DNA of 64,000 bases from an uncultured bacterium (GTDB lineage: Bacteria; Patescibacteriota; Patescibacteriia; UBA9570; XYC2-FULL-38-9), in contig CALKUP010000016.1 in the NCBI GenBank assembly GCA_937996685.1, positions 85,879 to 149,878 of the forward strand, given 5' to 3'. The notes below the pieces were generated by a model. That model saw nothing but the letters and a program-made list of their open reading frames with translations, made no database searches and was not told where the DNA came from. The position numbers and the translations under genes are program-made. Positions 58,201 through 64,000 of the stretch are shown here, piece after piece. Each line of letters opens with the position of its first letter. Positions within the stretch are counted from its first letter, which is position 1.

Positions 58201-58241
58201 CTTCAGTTGATATTCGTTCTATAGAGTTAATCCATTATTAA
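55215..58241 (+). CDS. 1008-aa polytopic membrane protein, GT-C-like
   Basis: more than 15 TM; ELFEQ...GKIPFVDTFNAHG loop; TFFDFS..PMLY C-terminal domain. Confidence 0.7.
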   Translation: MSRLIIADLFDKTRIRAACAQWWPVGLFFGLLVTYLVYGSWSIALESGVTDQASQATAFGIDISARVTRFVVSVLVFYAVFVVTLLSFASMQKLSSFRSLFFNTGLIGLMVFCGMALHPVSFAVPSSLWVIAGLCITEVALVYLFPFESIGMIEQRIWLWVSSTLGLWSVVVYFLMLEGVSFLVATLFGVLVTAAWCWLLLFIDTCAQRVALPAFLALIVRIVFFLQATAILFTLLPIWVNESIVLFRVRLDAVVQPVSIVAAFFALYAFLVVAYLIVTRHLSPRSLREMITKDVRLLYYWVYPMCIVVASVFSWYELTTHESLELFEQANPGLLIQQWFDFGKIPFVDTFNAHGFSDAVWGFFYTALFGFSAEQWNAYDFLQRVVELVFFYYFLGSLTKRYQFAAVFVLFYSSLDVVIPFYFTPALVLSLLIARYHRHKTTTGFLWLFVVSLVLFWWKIDIGSSAVLAVLATVCFIQMSDVSALFFRKKELVVIACGAAMAGAIGVFFLSQHGSIFVDRCMLVLHIFNSNQTFGYPKLSGSVNTIAVLDYALMPLGLTAMLVWIFLHYKTWAVQLRDRRMLDVIVYSAFFSLALHTRGLVRHTLLLGYSYVVLSFSILAFGLFAFFLVEKKDVIKNISKNLSLQNVFVFVIFILTLTMSMRTEYLMHLYERLETSGSVVDYGVSHWFTMAQQSFPKRVVTLEPEKREAAFGNTKRFLDAQLTPDQTFFDFSTNPMLYVYTHRKSPHYANHTMMYHDVFLQNELVRELHGQDIPVLIFSVSEPGVYNLDTIPFQYRYPIVSEYIYGAYRPFAVIDGREVWVRKDWSVPHPEKMDDIVFQPIDDSRINSTMNLGLLPLLLRHDTVAPVRSRFMMYQAAPNADLLTTPSQFVGMQLPVAQQIESTSMLVVRGIARGGSRVPVQVSFSSKDQKKGSGVFHFDMLGDGVERQYWIRVSTAYQWWNNTSQLRDVFFQLDPNPVSGFEVVPKNDQSSTTESASVDIRSIELIHY

Positions 58242-58255
58242 ATATACACAAGATT

Positions 58256-58657
58256 ATGGTCTCTCGCGTTATTCAATATTTTACACAACATGAGTTTATT
58301 CGTTACCTGACGGTTGGTTTCTTGTGTGTTTCTTGCGAGTTGTCTATTTTTTATACATTGCAATATTGGCACGTGCAGTATCTTGTGAGCAACACAGCTG
58401 GTTTTATTACGGCGAGTATTGTAGGGTATTTTTTGCAAAAATATTGGACATTTAAAAATTTTCATTCAAATCATCTACAGCAAATGATTCGGTTTGCAGC
58501 GGTCCTTGCTTGGGGGTATGTACTTGGCATGTGTGTGCTGTATCTGCTGGTTGATCGTTTATTGGTTCCTGTGTCTATCGCAAAGCTCATACAAGTGTGT
58601 ATTGTTATGGTGAGCAATTATCTCGGTCAAAAAATCATTACGTTTAAAAAACGGTAA
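58256..58657 (+). CDS. gtrA: GtrA family flippase
   Basis: 133 aa, 4 TM, FIRYLTVG, YFLQKYWTF, AK, NYLGQKIITF. Confidence 0.88.
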   Translation: MVSRVIQYFTQHEFIRYLTVGFLCVSCELSIFYTLQYWHVQYLVSNTAGFITASIVGYFLQKYWTFKNFHSNHLQQMIRFAAVLAWGYVLGMCVLYLLVDRLLVPVSIAKLIQVCIVMVSNYLGQKIITFKKR

Positions 58658-58665
58658 TTCTTCAT

Positions 58666-59961
58666 TTAAGAATGCATGTTTGATGAGATGGCTTTGAAAA
58701 TGCGATCACATTCTGCGTCCCATGACATGCTGGCTACTGTCTCTACGCCTTTTTTTGCAAGTCGGTTTCTTTCTTCTGGCTGCGTGATGAGTGTTGCGAT
58801 GTGATCAACCATAATAGACGGAATGGGTTCCATGACAATTGCATTGTCGTTGTGTTGTAAAAACCAGTCATTTGCGCTATTTGCATTTGTTGCGACAACA
58901 GCGCCGCATGCCATATATTCAAATGGTTGGTATGAAGGATGTTTTGTGAACATAAATACAAGGCCGATGTCTGAGGCTCGATATAAATCAGCGACTGCAT
59001 CTAGAGATGATAGTCGTCCGACGTTTTCAATAATTCCAGATACGCCGTATTCTTCAGGGTCCCATTCATCGCCAGCTGCAACAATACGAATGCGGTTCCC
59101 AAATTGCGCTTTTAATTTTTTGCATGTAACAAGCGCGAGTTCAAAGCCATTGCGGTCGTGGTGTGGGCGAGCATAGACAACGATTTGAATGTTATCTGTT
59201 TTTGCTGTTTTTGTTTCTAAGGAATCATTTGTGATGTGGTATACAGCATGATTAACGGCTGGTGTGAAGGCATGTGTTGTCATGTTGTATTGTGTGTGAA
59301 TCCAGTCCGCAAGTCCTGGTGTGTTCACGATGCCAGTCATTCCCATGCGATAAGTGCTTTCCGCAAGAGCGTAATATGAATTTGCGGCATAAAACCCAGG
59401 CTCAAAGTCTTGAATAAAATACAACTTCTTTTTTGTCTTATTACATTTTGCAGAAATAAATGCAGATGTCCAAAATGTTGCGATTGTTGCATCGGATTCA
59501 GGGAGGGAAGAAAGATCTGGTGTTTGAGGAATAAACTCTGCGTCTGCGAGACCGGGAAATGATTCTGTCACCATTTTTGCAATGTCAGCAATTGGTGCTG
59601 ATGGATAATCGTACAACACAATTCGATTGTGAATCCCGTGTTTTTGAAAATATTCAGCAAACCGAAAGAGCGTATACACGCCACCATAATAGACATGCTC
59701 AAATCGCGGGATAAACCAATTGATAGTGCGTACTTCACTGTCTTGTGTTTTTGCTGTTTCAACAATGTTCCAGTGCGCTGCCCATTCTTCGCTTGTAATA
59801 TCAAGCGCTTCAATCATGCCTTGCTTGGTCGCGACTTCTTGAGCTGCTGCATTTTTTCGCAGGTAGTCTCCGAGGGATTTATCGACTATTTTTGCAGCTG
59901 TTGATTGCACGCCATGTTTTTTGAAGAAGGCGAGTGTTTCTTGAATGTCTGACATGTTCAT
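58666..59961 (-). CDS. WsaF-like (rhamnosyl)transferase, GT-B fold
   Basis: INWFIP...YGGVYTLFRFA, ATFWTSA, YFIQDFEPGFY, YARP...RNGFEL, HPSYQPFEYMACG. Confidence 0.82.
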   Translation of the reverse strand: MNMSDIQETLAFFKKHGVQSTAAKIVDKSLGDYLRKNAAAQEVATKQGMIEALDITSEEWAAHWNIVETAKTQDSEVRTINWFIPRFEHVYYGGVYTLFRFAEYFQKHGIHNRIVLYDYPSAPIADIAKMVTESFPGLADAEFIPQTPDLSSLPESDATIATFWTSAFISAKCNKTKKKLYFIQDFEPGFYAANSYYALAESTYRMGMTGIVNTPGLADWIHTQYNMTTHAFTPAVNHAVYHITNDSLETKTAKTDNIQIVVYARPHHDRNGFELALVTCKKLKAQFGNRIRIVAAGDEWDPEEYGVSGIIENVGRLSSLDAVADLYRASDIGLVFMFTKHPSYQPFEYMACGAVVATNANSANDWFLQHNDNAIVMEPIPSIMVDHIATLITQPEERNRLAKKGVETVASMSWDAECDRIFKAISSNMHS

Positions 59962-62885
59962 ATCGCGGGTCCAGTTAATTCATTATTGCCGCGCAAGCGC
60001 ACAGACTCGTCTTGGAGTGATAAGTTTTTGTTGTAATACGGGTCGTTCCAATTGAGGTATGGCGCGTATCGTTTTTTGCTTACTTCAAAATCATGTGCAG
60101 GTGGTGTTTTGTCACGAGTCATACTTTCGTAATGAATGAGTTCCGCAAAAGGCGTGTAGACGTTACGATACCCCTTTTCATATAAAGAGAGTCCGAGATT
60201 AACATCGTTTCCGCAGACTGTGAAATTTTCATCGAGCCCGCCCATTTCCCAATATTTTTTCGCTTCAATCATAAGACACGCAGCAGTCACAGCAAGATAG
60301 TTGTTGGTAAATTCAGCAAGACGGTAATATGTTTGCTCAGATTGCTCGCGAGCAAAAATATGCCCTGCGAGTCCTGTCATTCCAAGAACAACGCCGGCAT
60401 GTTGAATTGATCCGTCAGGATAATATAATTTTGCACCAACAGCGCCAATTTCTGGACGCGCTGCATGCATGAGCATTTCTTGAATCCAGTTCGGAGTAAT
60501 AACTTCGGTGTCATTATTGAGTAGCAGCAAGAAATCTCCCTTTGCATGTTTTGCTCCCCAATTATTGATTTCTGAGTAATTAAATGGAACGTCGTGTGTT
60601 AGTATCTGAATACGTTTTTCAGCTGAAATTTTCTTGAGATACGCAGCTGTTTCCGGCTCTACGCTATTATTGCTAATGAGAATAATTTCGTAGTGTTGGT
60701 ATGTTGTTTTTTTCAAAATACTGTCAACACATTGTTTCAAGAGTTCGGGCTTATCTTTAAAAGGAATGATAATGCTCACGAGTGCGTCTGCAGGAAGGGG
60801 ATAGCGAACGTGATAATTGGTAATTCCGATTCCTTGTTCAACAGCAACGAACGGTTCTTTTTTTGTTGTGAGATAGTCGCGTAACGCATTTTCGCCAGCA
60901 TCGTGTGCATAGGTTTTGACGCTTGTGTCAGATGCAGTTGATGTCTCTGTCATGCGCCAGTGATATAAAATCTTTTCTATGTGACGAACGGGTGTCGTTA
61001 TCGCGGAGATGCAGCGTAAAAACAGGTCGTAATCCTGGGCGCCTTCGTAGCTTTCTCGAAACCAACCAACGCTGTCCCCGAGTTCTTTTTTAATAAACGC
61101 CATGTGTGTAATAAAGTTGAGGGACCGTATCAACTCCTCGGAATATCCAGGTTTAAAAAATGGATATAAGCGTTCGTTCTTTGTTGTGATTTTATCTTCA
61201 TCTGAATAGGCAAATTCAGTGTCGGGATGTTCTGCGAGTAATTGTGCAAATTCGTATAAAGCAAATGGCGCAATTGCGTCATCGCAATCCAGAAGGGTGA
61301 TGTATTCTCCTGTTGCCATTGCAATTGCTTGGTTGCTTGCACCGCAGATGTGTTTATTTTCTGCACCAAACGCAATACGAATACGACTGTCCTTGTTTTC
61401 CCAGGCACGTAATGCAGCGACGGTTTCTGGGTTTGTTGAAGCGTCGTCATATAAACAGAGTTCCCAGTTTTCATACCACTGGTCTACAACACTTTGAATG
61501 CAGGCATCAAGCCATTGCGGATCAACGTTATATACAGGAACGATAACGGATATGAGTGGTTTTTTATTGAATCCCGCGATGGTTTTTTTGACAGTCGCTA
61601 TCTCATATTGCTCGTAGTGCGCGATCCATTCTTTGTAGCTGGTTGCTGTAATTTGTTGCGGACGAAACGCATTTTTTCCGTGTCGCAGATATTTCAATGT
61701 ATACGACAGTGTTGTGCGAAGGCCTTTTGTTTTGTAAATACCAACAGCACGTCCCGCGAGGCTCTTTGCTTTTTTCGCGTATTTTTTTATGTGGCGCGGT
61801 CGAAAGGCTTTGAGTCGTAGAACAGCATTGCGAGTTTTCCAGGCAAGCGACCGCTCCATCCATTGAATTCGTTCGTCTTTGCTTCGAATAACATCTTCAA
61901 GTTTTTGTACGTGATCCAGAGTGTTTGCGAGATATGTCTTGAGACCCGAGGCGTCATTAATGAGTTTTTTTTGTGCAGCTTCGAGGTCCGCGACAACACT
62001 GAGTGCATTCGCATACTCAACGCCAACTGTTTCAGCTGTGTCAGTGATGCTTTTTTCGATAGCTTTTTTTTCTTGGTTGAAGAGTCCAACGAGAACAAGA
62101 TATTGTTCCGCAATCGCGACAAAATGCTCTGTTGTTAATGGCGTGGTGGTCGCAGGTTCTGCGATAGCATCTGGTGATTTTTGTAAAAAGAAAATTTTAC
62201 GATATGAGTGCGGGTCGTTGTCAATTGGAAAAATTGTTGTGTTATACCACTTGTTCCAGTCTTCAAGGGCTGGTCGAATGCGCTCGCCAATAGTAGTCAG
62301 AAAAAAATTCAACGGTGCAATGAGTGACCAGACTGACATGGCATTATTTCCGTACATTGTGTATGGAATATTTTGTGCTTCGGCAACGCTTGTTACTTGT
62401 TCAATGCGCGGGAGTCCATAAGAAATGTGTTCTGTGAGCCACGGATGCTCTTCTCCGGTTAAGGTTTCAAAAAATGTGTTTGCATGTTTTTCAGCGTCTT
62501 CAACGCCAGGTCCTGCAAATGGAGCAATGAGAATGCCGCCAATACGCGCAACACGGATATGCTCTGAAACAAATGCTGATCGCTTGTCTTGTGGAATGTG
62601 TTCAAAGGTGTCGAGTGAAACAACAAAATCAAAGGCAGAGCCAGGGAGTGGCATGTCGCATCCATCGCCTGGAATATAGTTTTCGTCTTCGTTTTGATCA
62701 ACAAGTGGGTCTAAATAAAAGACGTCATCGTGTGGGAGAAATTTTCGGAGATGATTCCCGCGTCCACCGACATCAAGAATACGAAAGCGTTGGTTGTCTT
62801 TGCGATTTGCGTCGACGATACGACGGACTGTTGCGTAGCGACCGTATTGATCAAAGTCAAATTGTTGTTCAAGAGATGTGTTCAT
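59958..62885 (-). CDS. methyltransferase + coiled coil + two GT2 domains (WsaE-like chain polymerase/terminator)
   Basis: ILDVGG, FDFVVSLDTFEHI; heptad region; ISVIVPVYN..DDAS..LDCDD..YSDED..GAQDYD; VSIIIPFKD..LLNNDTE..VGAKL..VTAAC. Confidence 0.88.
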   Translation of the reverse strand: MNTSLEQQFDFDQYGRYATVRRIVDANRKDNQRFRILDVGGRGNHLRKFLPHDDVFYLDPLVDQNEDENYIPGDGCDMPLPGSAFDFVVSLDTFEHIPQDKRSAFVSEHIRVARIGGILIAPFAGPGVEDAEKHANTFFETLTGEEHPWLTEHISYGLPRIEQVTSVAEAQNIPYTMYGNNAMSVWSLIAPLNFFLTTIGERIRPALEDWNKWYNTTIFPIDNDPHSYRKIFFLQKSPDAIAEPATTTPLTTEHFVAIAEQYLVLVGLFNQEKKAIEKSITDTAETVGVEYANALSVVADLEAAQKKLINDASGLKTYLANTLDHVQKLEDVIRSKDERIQWMERSLAWKTRNAVLRLKAFRPRHIKKYAKKAKSLAGRAVGIYKTKGLRTTLSYTLKYLRHGKNAFRPQQITATSYKEWIAHYEQYEIATVKKTIAGFNKKPLISVIVPVYNVDPQWLDACIQSVVDQWYENWELCLYDDASTNPETVAALRAWENKDSRIRIAFGAENKHICGASNQAIAMATGEYITLLDCDDAIAPFALYEFAQLLAEHPDTEFAYSDEDKITTKNERLYPFFKPGYSEELIRSLNFITHMAFIKKELGDSVGWFRESYEGAQDYDLFLRCISAITTPVRHIEKILYHWRMTETSTASDTSVKTYAHDAGENALRDYLTTKKEPFVAVEQGIGITNYHVRYPLPADALVSIIIPFKDKPELLKQCVDSILKKTTYQHYEIILISNNSVEPETAAYLKKISAEKRIQILTHDVPFNYSEINNWGAKHAKGDFLLLLNNDTEVITPNWIQEMLMHAARPEIGAVGAKLYYPDGSIQHAGVVLGMTGLAGHIFAREQSEQTYYRLAEFTNNYLAVTAACLMIEAKKYWEMGGLDENFTVCGNDVNLGLSLYEKGYRNVYTPFAELIHYESMTRDKTPPAHDFEVSKKRYAPYLNWNDPYYNKNLSLQDESVRLRGNNELTGPAI

Positions 62886-64000
62886 GATGGTGTATTCCAA
62901 TGATGTTCAATTTTCAAAACGCCGTTTTGGTTTTGGTCCATAGAAATGATTTTGAACGTGTATGCGCGGTCATGGTAGTCATATGGAATGACGCAGTCCC
63001 AATCAAAAATAGCAGCGGTAAAATCATATTTCCCTGCAAAAAACGGATTATGGTCAATGGTGAAGTCGATATATCCAACCCCGTCAATAAATGGGATGTC
63101 AAGTTTCGATGTTTTTGTGTTCGGGCCAGCTAAATGAATGCCGTCTTGTGTGTGAATTGCAATTCCAAAGACCGGCTTTTCAAGTCGTTTTTTTGCGTTG
63201 TAATGAATTCGTGCAGTGATTGGAGAACCGGTAGAAAAGACTTGTTTTGGATCGCCGTCGGCATCAAGAAATTCAACTCCTGTAATTGCAATGCCAGTTT
63301 CGTATTCTTTGGCGTATGTCATTTGCTCTTCCTCTTCTTGCATGCGGATTTCCTCATCCTTCATGTTTTGTTGCATATATAAGCCGACTGCTTTTTCTGG
63401 ATCGCCAAGATATTGCACAGCACCATTTCGCAGTAGGAGAGCGCGGTCACAATAACGCTCGAGAGTTGCCATGTCATGGGTGACTAAGATGACGGTTTTC
63501 CCGAGGTCGCGATATTTATTAAATTCTTCAATACATTTTTGTTGGAAGTTTGTATCACCAACTGCAAGCACTTCATCCATGAGCAAGATGTCTCGGTTTG
63601 CGTGAATTGCTACAGAAAACGCAAGGCGGACTTGCATTCCAGAGCTGTAATTTTTAATTTTTTGATCAATGAATCGTTCGAGTTCAGAAAAGTCAACGAT
63701 ACTTTGAAATTTTTCATCAATTTGTTTTTTTGTCAGACCTAAAACCGTCGCGTTAAGATAAATATTGTCTCGTCCGGATAACTCAGGGTTAAAGCCGATA
63801 CCGAGTTCAAGAAATGGTGAGATGCGGCCGTTAATTGAAATGTCACCAGTGTCAGGAGAATAAATGCCGGCTAAAATTTTCAATAATGTTGATTTGCCGG
63901 ATCCATTACGTCCGAGGATGCCGAAAAATTCGCCTTTTTTAATAGAAAAAGAAACATCGTTGAGCGCGTGGAATTCTTCATGCGATTTTTTCTTCCAACC
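62882..64000 (-). CDS. wzt: Wzt ABC transporter ATPase with C-terminal carbohydrate-binding (Wzt_C) domain; 5' end outside the window
   Basis: frame open to 64000: ALNDVSF..GRNGSGKSTLLK, YSSGMQVRLAFS, LMDEVLAVGD, VTH; C-terminal beta domain. Confidence 0.93.
   Translation of the reverse strand, partial: GWKKKSHEEFHALNDVSFSIKKGEFFGILGRNGSGKSTLLKILAGIYSPDTGDISINGRISPFLELGIGFNPELSGRDNIYLNATVLGLTKKQIDEKFQSIVDFSELERFIDQKIKNYSSGMQVRLAFSVAIHANRDILLMDEVLAVGDTNFQQKCIEEFNKYRDLGKTVILVTHDMATLERYCDRALLLRNGAVQYLGDPEKAVGLYMQQNMKDEEIRMQEEEEQMTYAKEYETGIAITGVEFLDADGDPKQVFSTGSPITARIHYNAKKRLEKPVFGIAIHTQDGIHLAGPNTKTSKLDIPFIDGVGYIDFTIDHNPFFAGKYDFTAAIFDWDCVIPYDYHDRAYTFKIISMDQNQNGVLKIEHHWNTPS

Overview
Gene-dense bacterial chromosome segment in standard code 11 (TGA acts as stop in ATGA overlaps at 27362-27365, 59958-59961 and 62882-62885). 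It most likely comes from a Patescibacteria/CPR organism that retains rplA. This is inferred from the alpha2-type GlyRS, the single-chain UvrD-nuclease fusion, a DUF5663-like gene, the lack of Shine-Dalgarno motifs and the split housekeeping operons. The first 36 kb is essentially all + strand: glyQS, M16 peptidase, AI-2E, metG, cvpA, tatD, rmuC, a hexapeptide acetyltransferase, a strongly promoted three-gene unknown operon ending in a 1072-aa protein, a helicase-nuclease, pheST, an AT-rich inserted gene, gyrB, a CarS (CDP-archaeol synthase) homolog, secE-nusG-rplK-rplA, a dCMP deaminase/kinase/tmk/dut block, gatB, DUF2207 and ccdA-zwf-gnd-cyclase-tal. From 36 to 64 kb is a mosaic surface-glycan island. 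It holds a Wzz-like protein, a G1PDH/Gtp1-like dehydrogenase with a cytidylyltransferase, Wzx, a GT4, five GT-C-like polytopic proteins, an FAD oxidoreductase/NAD epimerase/TIM-barrel isomerase/GT2/GtrA donor cassette, and wzt-wsaE-wsaF-like genes. No rRNA, tRNA, CRISPR array or transposase was recognised. The best candidates for undescribed biology are the lipid-linked sugar donor cassette feeding several GT-Cs (two share a small beta-rich domain), the DUF5663-like/giant-protein operon, the cyclase sitting in the pgl slot, CarS plus a G1PDH-like gene, recurrent leaderless promoters, and two Y-shaped intergenic elements. All calls rest on motif recognition by eye; no searches were run.
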